Assembly: GCA_016180845.1 (NCBI GenBank)
Contig: JACPAK010000001.1
Coordinates: 86,836 to 150,835, forward strand
Direction: 5' to 3'
Length of the DNA stretch: 64,000 bases
Origin: Deltaproteobacteria bacterium
GTDB lineage: Bacteria; UBA10199; JACPAL01
Part shown: positions 18,625 to 27,091 of the stretch, in pieces
Numbering within the stretch: the stretch's first letter is position 1
Layout of the letters: every line of letters begins with the position of its first letter
Program-made: the position numbers and the translations under genes
The notes under the pieces: generated by a model
What the model was told of the DNA's origin: nothing
The model's input: the letters and a program-made list of their open reading frames with translations, nothing else
Databases searched by the model: none

Positions 18625-21126
18625 TTAAGGAGCTTTTCCCATCCCAACCGACAGACACGACCCGGTCAGTTCCTCAATGAGATTGATCTTCAGATCATCG
18701 CCGATATTGCGAATCCGGAGTTGAGGGGTCGCATCCGGTTGGACTTCGATCGCCTCAAGTCGAAGTCGGAGCCGCTGACGGTCGAAGCCACAGGCAGCCG
18801 CCTCGCGGGGAAGGAGCGTCGGCTCTGATTCCTCGGCATCGATAAAAATCCTTTCAACAACCACACCACCCGCCTCACTGGGGGCCCTATCTTCAACACT
18901 CTCGACCGTCATCTGAATCGGCATCTTTTTCCGGACCCGGAAAGGAATCTTCACCGGTGGATCCGATAACGAAATCGCCGCCTGACCTGTCAACTCCCCT
19001 GAAAGAGACATGTGGTCAAAGAAGGCCTCCATCAATTCCAGAGAACCATCCTCGGCCGGTTGAATCTTCAGACGATGCCCCATAAAACGGGCATTCGTAA
19101 TATTTAAACGAAGATCGTTCCATCGCACAAAGGCCTGGTGTGTGGAAAAAACAGCCCCACCCGGATGTTCTGCGAGAATTTCAACCTCTCGACGTTGTGG
19201 GACGATCTGAACCGAGCCTTCGACATCCAGATCCGCTTCGGCAACCCTCGTTGAGAAAATTCCCTCACGACTCCTGTTACTGACCCGTAGACCAAGGGTT
19301 GGTAAATCGGCATGCAGCTTGGCATTGCTAATAGAAATACGAGTATGATTCGGATTTTTCTCATCGGAACCTATGGAGAGAGGCGCGATGCCGGCAAGGG
19401 GACGAAATTTAATCTGCCCTAATCCCTGAATAGCGCCATCTGGAAAGTGATACGAGACAACCCCATCCATCTGGCTCGTGATGATCCCCTCGAAGCGGGG
19501 TCTCCCATTCACAACCTGAAAGTGGACATCGGCCAGACCGGCCCCTTCGGGGATTTCATTCAACCACTTATGGTCTCCCTCGAATTGCCGTCGTTTTGCG
19601 ACAGTATGCAATGAAACCCCATGCCCATCATATTTGAGCTCGCCGGTTCGAAGCTGTTCAATCGAGACATCAGGGGTCAGACCATCAAGTCGGACGGTAA
19701 AATTCTTCACCTCACCACCTTGAGGGAGCTCCAGTTTGGAAAGGACCTTTCCGTTCGACCTCGAAATCTCTTCCAATTTTAATCCATCGTTATGATTCCA
19801 GCTAAAAGCAGCGGCAAGTTCCCTCGTATTCCGCGGATTCAGGGAAACCGCCACCTTCAGAGGGGTTGGGGTACGAGCGGTATTGCTGGCCCGAATCAGT
19901 CGCTCCGGATGGACGTATTCAATCGTCTTCAGACCGGCGATCTCGACTGTCGGTGAAAAAAGCCCACCGCGAATCGCAATCCGATGCCCCCCTGGCGGGA
20001 CCTTCCCCGTGAATTCAAGTCGCAACTTTCTCACCTTTTTTGGATCCATCCTTTTTTGAAGATCGGTCTCCAGATCGACCTCGATCGTGCGATTCGAAAA
20101 ATCACCGGTGATCTCGATGGTCGCTTGTTGCCAACGAGGGATTGTTCCCAAAAATTCTGAGTTGAGCTTTTTCTCTGTTTTGGCGGGTACATGAGCTGAA
20201 CTCTGAAATCCCCCCTTGCCCCCCTTTGACAAAGGGGGGTTGGGGGGATTTTCTTTCTCACTCCCCCCCAAAATCATCCCGACAAGCTGATGAAGATGCT
20301 CGGGGACGCGATAAACAGGAAGTCCCCTCTTCTCAAAATCCCTTTTCGTGATCCCACCGGCATCGAAGACCATCTTTCCCCCCTCCACCGTAAGATCAAA
20401 AAAGAGATAGTTCGCCGTGACGAAAACGGCCCTATCTGGCGTCTCCTGTTCCAATTTTTCACGATAGGACTCCACAAGAAGACCGGCCAACGGAAGGGCC
20501 GAAACCACCTGCAACCAGAGCGGGAGGATTTTTTTATCCTCATCAACCATCTCGACCGCTTTCCCACGTACAGAGACCCATGGGCCAACAATCGGAATAC
20601 CTGTAAAAAATTTTAGCCACGGCTTGAGCGGGATCGGACCGACCGGTGGTTTTGAGACAAGGCGAATCTCTCTGATTTCTCCTCCCTCCCCAACCTCAGC
20701 GACAAACTTGAGTTGGAAGGGGGACTGGGGGAGATCGGCCTCCAAGGGAAGTTGGACCTCGGCACGGATCTTCAAGTTCGGAACTGGCGAAGCTTCTCCA
20801 GATGCGGTTTCGAAAAGTCCTCGCACAAGTCGTTCGACAAAGGCGCTTCGCGGTTCCTCAACAACTGCTTTGTCCCGAAATCGCGCAGCGGAAACAGCAA
20901 CCGGGGGTCTTTCGCAATAAGGTTTTGAGGGAGTTGCTTGGCAATAATAATCTCTCTGACCGATCCCAAAGTGTTCCCTCGGAAGGTCCGAGAACCTGTC
21001 TGAGACCCACCTTGAAACCGAACGATTTTCCGCAGGGAAGCCTTGGACCGGAGGAAAATCGTTCGATGGTGCCGGGCGAGTTTCGCAGGACCTGGAGAGA
21101 GGACACGAGGGATCGGTCGGCCTCAT
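18625..21126 (-). CDS. large hypothetical protein (833 aa), beta-rich, no recognised domain
   Basis: Long uninterrupted ORF whose start overlaps the upstream gene's stop in an ATGA. An internal hydrophobic segment ILPLWLQVVSALPLAGLLV is present. Two in-frame palindromic repeat insertions. Confidence 0.5.
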   Translation of the reverse strand: MRPTDPSCPLSRSCETRPAPSNDFPPVQGFPAENRSVSRWVSDRFSDLPREHFGIGQRDYYCQATPSKPYCERPPVAVSAARFRDKAVVEEPRSAFVERLVRGLFETASGEASPVPNLKIRAEVQLPLEADLPQSPFQLKFVAEVGEGGEIREIRLVSKPPVGPIPLKPWLKFFTGIPIVGPWVSVRGKAVEMVDEDKKILPLWLQVVSALPLAGLLVESYREKLEQETPDRAVFVTANYLFFDLTVEGGKMVFDAGGITKRDFEKRGLPVYRVPEHLHQLVGMILGGSEKENPPNPPLSKGGKGGFQSSAHVPAKTEKKLNSEFLGTIPRWQQATIEITGDFSNRTIEVDLETDLQKRMDPKKVRKLRLEFTGKVPPGGHRIAIRGGLFSPTVEIAGLKTIEYVHPERLIRASNTARTPTPLKVAVSLNPRNTRELAAAFSWNHNDGLKLEEISRSNGKVLSKLELPQGGEVKNFTVRLDGLTPDVSIEQLRTGELKYDGHGVSLHTVAKRRQFEGDHKWLNEIPEGAGLADVHFQVVNGRPRFEGIITSQMDGVVSYHFPDGAIQGLGQIKFRPLAGIAPLSIGSDEKNPNHTRISISNAKLHADLPTLGLRVSNRSREGIFSTRVAEADLDVEGSVQIVPQRREVEILAEHPGGAVFSTHQAFVRWNDLRLNITNARFMGHRLKIQPAEDGSLELMEAFFDHMSLSGELTGQAAISLSDPPVKIPFRVRKKMPIQMTVESVEDRAPSEAGGVVVERIFIDAEESEPTLLPREAAACGFDRQRLRLRLEAIEVQPDATPQLRIRNIGDDLKINLIEELTGSCLSVGMGKAP
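20206..20252. repeat. family-1 palindromic repeat (aaatccccccTTGcccccctttgaCaaaggggggTTGgggggatttt), copy 1, intragenic and in frame
   Basis: Read directly. A near-identical copy sits at 63710-63760. Here it encodes ENPPNPPLSKGGKGG within the 833-aa ORF. Confidence 0.7.
21018..21066. repeat. family-2 hairpin repeat (13-14-bp arms ccgaacgattttcc / ggaaaatcgttcg around a 21-nt spacer), copy 1, intragenic and in frame
   Basis: Perfect inverted arms at 21019-21031 and 21053-21065. A second copy at 62277-62325 has the spacer in reverse-complement orientation. Here it encodes NDFPPVQGFPAENRS. Confidence 0.7.
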
Positions 21127-23948
21127 TGTTTATTCTCCAATGGCTTCCTTAACAACGACTCTCGAGTCAGTGGCAGCTTACTTCCACACCTCTTCAGATA
21201 AAACCACTTCCCATCTTTCTGAACCAATTCGACCTTATCTCCCAAAAGTGAAGCGGCCTGAGGATTCACAAAACCGGAGAAACAGAGACCACCGATCGTG
21301 TCTGTTCGTAACTGGCCCCCACGGATCCTTGCCGGCTCATTCAAAAGAACCTCAATGCCTCGAGCAAGAGTAAATTCTCTTCTCTTTTTCCCTATCCAGC
21401 TCCTAAACCCAACCTCCCCATGAACAAAACCGCTTGGATTTTTTTGAGGACGAATGGATCTCCTCTTTAAATCGAAGGGGATAGCGAGACCCCCTTCAAT
21501 CTGAGTCGTCACAACATACTGATCGGGTGATTCTCGATTGTAAATCCACAATTTGAGGGATGATGCCGCCGGTCTTGACAAAAAGCTCACGGCACCATTT
21601 CGGACAGAGAATTGCCCACGGTAATCCAACGCTCCCTGGCCCCAGAAAGGATGCCTCGTTGTTGGTTCAATCCCAAAAAAGGCCCTAAAACCCTCTTCGT
21701 GCCATGGGATCAGCAATTTGCCATGAAAATTGACCTGATCTCCGACAGATCCTTTCGCACAAAAGAGCTCCGCTCTTCTATTGTTCCCCTCCCAAACACA
21801 GTTGAGATCACCCACAACCCTCTCTCCTCCCCTGTAAATGTTAGAGGGGGTACGAACCGTCCGGAAGGATGAGTCTTGCTTCACCCCATTGAGAATCTCC
21901 GTCTTCCCCTCCGGCTTAAATTTCACCTCTCCCTCCGTAAATCCACGAAAGGTCCAGTCAGAAAAAATCTGTTCGAAGGCTGGGACAATTTTTAACCGAA
22001 TGGTTTCAAAATCACTCGAACCAAAGAGGGCCGTCGCCAAACTCACCACGGGCGAAGCGGCTGGCTGATTATTGAGTGACAAATGACCATCCCAGGTCAT
22101 CCGACAGGAGTTTCCTTCAGGCTCGGCCCAAAGCTGCCCACCGGAATCAAAAACCAATTCCTGTTTGAATAACGGGACCGACTCTGCCTGGAGATTAACG
22201 AGGAGGTGAGGCCCATGCCCCGGCTCCGGAGGGACCCCGCTAAGTGACGCCCGAATCCCACGAACTTCATAAGGAGTCCCCCCCTCTGAGGTCACTCTCA
22301 GATTGGCCTCTGCCTCCGCCTTCAACGTGATGAGGTTCAAAGGCGATCGGACCCGCACCACGAGGTCCGAAAAATCAAGATTGTTCTTCGGTCCATGCGA
22401 AAAGGCGAACCCCCGAAGCTCAATCTCCTCGCTCATCGGCCCCTCGACCCGATCAGGGTCGTAGTCAAAAGAGACATAACCGTCTTCCACCAGACCGCCC
22501 GTCATCGTTTCGCCTACCTGAAATTGAATCGGTCCCCCATCTGCCGATCCAATCGCAAGCTCATCGATTTCGAGCCAACTCCTCTGTAAAACAGGTTTGT
22601 CTCCAGACAGGTCCAACTGAACAGAGCTATTCAGGCGACCCGACGAGCGAAGAGATCCCAACTGAGAGGTTGGAATATTTTCCACAACATACTCGAGATT
22701 ATCGAAATAGATTTCGGCAAGATTCGGATGTCGCAGGACAATCTCGATCTCGCCTCGAAGGGCCAACGGTACCGATGTGGGAAGGGTCACATCAATATCC
22801 GACAGGACGATGGAGGTTGTTTTATCCGCTGCATTGTACGACCAATGCAGATCAAGCGTCCCTTCCGCATTTGGAATCAGGAGACTCGCCGGAAGTTTTG
22901 GGAAATTGGCGTAAGAATCCCCCTTGATCCCCTCAAAATCAAACTTGAGGAAACGTCCGGATTTTAAGGTTTCCATCAATCTCTGCCAATCAAGATGAAG
23001 GTAGCTCCTCCCGACAAGCTCATGGTTTGGTGGAGGTCTCGAATCAACCGTAATCTGTAAATCATCGAGGGTCCCGATGGGACCCTGGACCCATTTGGAA
23101 CGCTCGCCAAACCACTCCTCAATGACCTGTCTCAAGCCTGACGAGTCCTGATCGACCCAGCTTCCCATGAGCGCCTTCAAAAATCGGCGACCAAAAGATT
23201 CTTTGTAAACGGCATTTTGCCTCTGTACTGAAAATGGCTGGGGATCGCTCCTCTCTGCTGGATCAGGATAGGCGGTCAAAGCCCTCGTCCTCGGTATCGG
23301 TGTCAAAAGAGATCGCCCGAGACCGAACAAATTCAACCCCTCGGTCACCTTGACTGTCGGGAGTCCCCGATGTGCGAGATGCGGAACAACGAGTCGCGCC
23401 TGATCTGTTTCAGAAAACCTGCTGACAAAGATATCTGAAAATCGTCTCTTCCTCCTCGTCAGCCCCGCCACATCAAAACCGTAAAAAACCTCAAGCCCAT
23501 CGGTCCAAACATCCCCATCGATCTTGAACGTGTCATATCGAGACCGAGCGTTGAAGGCGAGCTCCGCCCCCTCATCCCAAGTCACATCTCCCGTCCAGCT
23601 ATCCCTTTCGACCCTTCCCTCATGAAATCTTGCCCTCACGTAATAATCGTGATTCCCAAAAAAATGATAGGTGATCGGTAAGGATCTCCGAAAGCTCATC
23701 GGCTCTCGGCGGTCGAGAAGTTTCTCCACTATCCCTTGTTTCGTTGGATAGGCAAAACCGGCTTGCTCAGCAGCTACTGCAAAGAGATCAAGCAGACTCC
23801 TGTTCGGTGTCTCAGGAGGAGCTGCGTCAAAGGCAGAACAAAAAAGGTCTTCGAAACGAGAAGGTGCGGGGGAACCATTGACCGTAGCTGTCACACCCAG
23901 ACAATCGGGTGCGATCGGAAGGAGGTTGCTACCGAAACCGAAGCACAA
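21123..23948 (-). CDS. large hypothetical protein (941 aa), no recognised domain (isolated GNHD tetrapeptide only)
   Basis: Long ORF whose start overlaps the 3' end of the MFS gene. ATGA coupling to the 833-aa gene downstream. Confidence 0.5.
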   Translation of the reverse strand: MCFGFGSNLLPIAPDCLGVTATVNGSPAPSRFEDLFCSAFDAAPPETPNRSLLDLFAVAAEQAGFAYPTKQGIVEKLLDRREPMSFRRSLPITYHFFGNHDYYVRARFHEGRVERDSWTGDVTWDEGAELAFNARSRYDTFKIDGDVWTDGLEVFYGFDVAGLTRRKRRFSDIFVSRFSETDQARLVVPHLAHRGLPTVKVTEGLNLFGLGRSLLTPIPRTRALTAYPDPAERSDPQPFSVQRQNAVYKESFGRRFLKALMGSWVDQDSSGLRQVIEEWFGERSKWVQGPIGTLDDLQITVDSRPPPNHELVGRSYLHLDWQRLMETLKSGRFLKFDFEGIKGDSYANFPKLPASLLIPNAEGTLDLHWSYNAADKTTSIVLSDIDVTLPTSVPLALRGEIEIVLRHPNLAEIYFDNLEYVVENIPTSQLGSLRSSGRLNSSVQLDLSGDKPVLQRSWLEIDELAIGSADGGPIQFQVGETMTGGLVEDGYVSFDYDPDRVEGPMSEEIELRGFAFSHGPKNNLDFSDLVVRVRSPLNLITLKAEAEANLRVTSEGGTPYEVRGIRASLSGVPPEPGHGPHLLVNLQAESVPLFKQELVFDSGGQLWAEPEGNSCRMTWDGHLSLNNQPAASPVVSLATALFGSSDFETIRLKIVPAFEQIFSDWTFRGFTEGEVKFKPEGKTEILNGVKQDSSFRTVRTPSNIYRGGERVVGDLNCVWEGNNRRAELFCAKGSVGDQVNFHGKLLIPWHEEGFRAFFGIEPTTRHPFWGQGALDYRGQFSVRNGAVSFLSRPAASSLKLWIYNRESPDQYVVTTQIEGGLAIPFDLKRRSIRPQKNPSGFVHGEVGFRSWIGKKRREFTLARGIEVLLNEPARIRGGQLRTDTIGGLCFSGFVNPQAASLLGDKVELVQKDGKWFYLKRCGSKLPLTRESLLRKPLENKQ

Positions 23949-25125
23949 TCAGGGCACTCAGTGTCGTCAATCCCCCCAAGGCCCAGAGGGTCATCGGAAG
24001 TCCCCAACTATCCGTGATCCATCCCAAGACAGGGGCAATTACGACAAAGAGGAGATGCTGTAAAAAATCCTGGGTCGAAAGGACGGTCGCCCTCCTCTCC
24101 GAAGAGATCAATTGATTGACCGCCTGACTCGTCATTGGGAGAAACAGACCCCAGATAAAGTAGACAAGACTCGCAAGAAGAAAGGAAAAGGGGTGGTGGA
24201 TGAGGGCAAGCGCTGAAAGCGTCAGGGTAAAGAAAAAGGCGAGCAGAAAGAAATTCCCCCTTTTCAGAAAACGGTTTGGAAGATGCCTGGCCAATTGACT
24301 TCCCCCCATGCTGGCCATTTGGAAGAAAAGGAAGACCAAGCCAAAGTAGGCGAGAGGGACCCCCACCTCCTTCAGGTAGGGTTGAATAAGGGTTACAATA
24401 AAAACGAGGATCGTCGTGAAAAGGAGAGAATAGTAACCGACCATGGTTCTCAGATTTTTCGAACCGGATCGTATCTCACGAACACCCATCAGAAACGACT
24501 CGGCCCCCGCTGACGCCGTCTTTCTCGTCTTGGGGGGCTCGTGAAGGGTAATCGCAACAATCGCCGCCACCAGGAAGGCGATTGCCGAAAGGAAAAATGG
24601 GAGCCTCCCCGAAAAAATATAAACAGACCCTCCGATTAACGAGGCAATCCCCATCCCGACGAATTCAAAAAACTTCCCTTGGGCATAATCGACCTGATAC
24701 CGATCGCTGACAGCCCTGTTCTCCAAAAAATTAAAGAGATAGGCCTCCTTGGAGCCGGTATAGAAGGCCTGCCCTATCCCCATGAAAATCTCGCCGACAA
24801 CCGCCATTCCGATATGGAATGGAAAGGCGAGGAAGATGACACCGATCGATTGAAAAAGACCGCAGAACATCATCGCCCATTTATGGCCAAAATGATCCGA
24901 GAAGAGACCACTCGGGATCTCGGCAATTGTCACGGAGAGGAAAAAGATACTGATGAGGATCGTTACCTGAAGTTGTGTAAACCCGTGGGCCTGAAACCAC
25001 AAAACCAAAATCGGGATGAAAAAATAGAGTCGTGACAAAAACGAGTGAAAGACATAGGGTTTGACTGTTGGGGCTTTGGGCATTCGAATGTTTTTTTTCT
25101 TAAAACTATTTTTTGTTGTTGTCAT
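23929..25125 (-). CDS. MFS transporter
   Basis: About 12 TM helices with MFS-like loop motifs. The start may be the internal Met (MPKAPTV...) near 25083. Confidence 0.7.
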   Translation of the reverse strand: MTTTKNSFKKKNIRMPKAPTVKPYVFHSFLSRLYFFIPILVLWFQAHGFTQLQVTILISIFFLSVTIAEIPSGLFSDHFGHKWAMMFCGLFQSIGVIFLAFPFHIGMAVVGEIFMGIGQAFYTGSKEAYLFNFLENRAVSDRYQVDYAQGKFFEFVGMGIASLIGGSVYIFSGRLPFFLSAIAFLVAAIVAITLHEPPKTRKTASAGAESFLMGVREIRSGSKNLRTMVGYYSLLFTTILVFIVTLIQPYLKEVGVPLAYFGLVFLFFQMASMGGSQLARHLPNRFLKRGNFFLLAFFFTLTLSALALIHHPFSFLLASLVYFIWGLFLPMTSQAVNQLISSERRATVLSTQDFLQHLLFVVIAPVLGWITDSWGLPMTLWALGGLTTLSALIVLRFR

Positions 25126-26050
25126 CTCTCTTTCCGCTTCGGTCGCTCACGCTGATCAGAATGTTGGATACGACCGTGGAATAAAGGGAAAGGAACGGAG
25201 CTGGATCCCGGCAGAGGGGTGTACCCTGAAACCCTGTGTCATCACCCAGTGGGGTGCGATCCGACTCCCCAAAGAGTTTGCGAGAACCTATCGTATCGAG
25301 ATGGGGGGACTTCATCGGGGAAATTTCAGATCGATCGCTATTTTTCAGGAAAGTTCCTCTTTTGAACAAAAACTCTCCGAACGGGTTTTCAACCGCCAAC
25401 CGAACCGAAAGATCGTGAATCTGGAGCGTCTGATCGAGACGGGAAAAACCAACACCATTTATATGTACGGTCTCCTCCTGCAGTATGAGTTTGACGAGGG
25501 AGACCTCCTCGGCATTAAATTCACCTCACTCAAAAATCCGAATAACGTTCAGGAATATTTCTTTCGTTATCACCATGACGGAACCAAGTGGGATATCGAC
25601 TTCGCCTTTATCCAGCCGATTAATATCTTTCATCCCAATCCGAATGGAGTCCTGCGCGCCGCCTACTCGACAGGCGCCCTCTCCTTCTCCTTTGCACGGG
25701 CGATGGATCCGGACAAACATTACAGTTTTCTTTCGAAGGCGATGCGGGCAGTCCGTGTGAACCTCTTCACGGGAATTCTGCTCCGACGCGAGGTCGCCCC
25801 ACTCAATGGCGACAATATCGTCGAGGACCGGATCGATGCCTTTGGGGGACTTGGTCTCACCTTCCTCGATTTTATCGCCTTGGGCTATGGTGGGACGATG
25901 GCCAATTCCCCACGCACCACCTTCCCCTTTGTCGGGATCGAGATCCGCCACCTCATGGAATTCCTCCGAACCCTGAAAAAGGACACCCACAGCCGCTGGC
26001 AGCGGTATCTGAAGGAGGAAATGGAAAGGACAAGTTCAGAGAAGTTTTGA
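25088..26050 (+). CDS. secreted hypothetical protein (signal peptide MFFFLKLFFVVVISLSASVAHA)
   Basis: Cleavable-type signal peptide and no recognisable domains. May be a beta-barrel or periplasmic protein. Confidence 0.45.
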   Translation: MFFFLKLFFVVVISLSASVAHADQNVGYDRGIKGKERSWIPAEGCTLKPCVITQWGAIRLPKEFARTYRIEMGGLHRGNFRSIAIFQESSSFEQKLSERVFNRQPNRKIVNLERLIETGKTNTIYMYGLLLQYEFDEGDLLGIKFTSLKNPNNVQEYFFRYHHDGTKWDIDFAFIQPINIFHPNPNGVLRAAYSTGALSFSFARAMDPDKHYSFLSKAMRAVRVNLFTGILLRREVAPLNGDNIVEDRIDAFGGLGLTFLDFIALGYGGTMANSPRTTFPFVGIEIRHLMEFLRTLKKDTHSRWQRYLKEEMERTSSEKF

Positions 26051-27091
26051 AAGGATCTTTCGATTCATCGATGAGGTTGGGAATCGATCGATCTCCTCCG
26101 GATGAATCCATTGAGATTTCATTCGTGGAATTCGGCTCATTTGGCAGAGATAAGGGGTAATGACTAATCTCTTATTCAAAACAGAGTGCCGAATCGATCC
26201 CAAAGCACGAATCGGTCTGAAACCGAAATCCCTGACTAATCTCTCAGCCCCCCCCTCCACCATCGGAAATTCCCACATCTCTTTCAAGATCCCCTTCGCA
26301 GGCCTGCGAACCATGAGGAGAGAATCACCTTTTTGAATCAAGGCTGCCGTCATCGTGATCTTCTGAGCAGGAGCCCTTTTTGCCAATCGTGGATACAGAT
26401 CCTGTCTCCCCTTTTTACGCGCCTCACACTCATCGTAGACAGGGCAGACCAAACAGGCGGGTCGTCTCGGTGTACAAATTGTCGCACCGAGTTCCATGAG
26501 CGCCTGATTAAAATCGCCAACATCCCTATCGGGCAAAATCAGCGCGGCGAGACCCCAAAAGATCTTCTGGCCTGCAGGACTTTTGGGATCACTTCCGATC
26601 AAAAAGAGTCGTGACAGGACCCGAACCACATTCCCATCGACTACCGGGACCCTTTCCCCAAACGCGATCGAGGCAATCGCCCCGGCGGTGTAGCGACCGA
26701 TGCCGGGGAGTTGCTGCCAGTCTATTCGCTCGGACTGGCAAAGCCAGATCCTCGCTTGATTCGAGAGAGATACCGCTCTCCCTCGAGCTCCCATCTGATC
26801 AACGATTATCTTAGCTGCCTTCAATAGATTCCTCGCTCGCGAATAGTACCCGAGCCCCGACCAATACCGTAGCACCTCATCCTCTTCTGCCACTGCAAGT
26901 GATTCGATCGTCGGAAATCGTTTCAAAAATTTCTCATAATACGGAATCACCGTCTCGACCGTCGTCTGCTGGAGCATGATCTCCGAAACCCAGATCCGGT
27001 AAGGGTCTTTCGTCTTACGCCAAGGGAGGTCTCGTCGATGGGTGCGATACCAGTGAAGAAGCTTGTCTCCCCCGCGAAACTTTTTCATCAT
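26036..27091 (-). CDS. mutY: A/G-specific adenine DNA glycosylase MutY
   Basis: HhH-GPD motif LPGIGRYTAGAI, the FeS cluster cysteines CTPRRPACLVCPVYDEC, and a C-terminal NUDIX-like domain. Confidence 0.85.
   Translation of the reverse strand: MMKKFRGGDKLLHWYRTHRRDLPWRKTKDPYRIWVSEIMLQQTTVETVIPYYEKFLKRFPTIESLAVAEEDEVLRYWSGLGYYSRARNLLKAAKIIVDQMGARGRAVSLSNQARIWLCQSERIDWQQLPGIGRYTAGAIASIAFGERVPVVDGNVVRVLSRLFLIGSDPKSPAGQKIFWGLAALILPDRDVGDFNQALMELGATICTPRRPACLVCPVYDECEARKKGRQDLYPRLAKRAPAQKITMTAALIQKGDSLLMVRRPAKGILKEMWEFPMVEGGAERLVRDFGFRPIRALGSIRHSVLNKRLVITPYLCQMSRIPRMKSQWIHPEEIDRFPTSSMNRKILSKLL

Noticed and set aside
18554-18700. attR-like direct repeat of the tmRNA 3' end, which would delimit an island
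   Set aside because: Only weak similarity (tctgattcggttt versus gggttcgattccc). Not convincing, so island boundaries remain unproven.
21200-23948. Calcineurin-like metallophosphoesterase call for the 941-aa protein, based on FFGNHDYY
   Set aside because: Only one of the five ordered phosphoesterase motifs is present. GD.H and GD..DR are absent upstream, and the motif lies too close to the N-terminus. Left as hypothetical.
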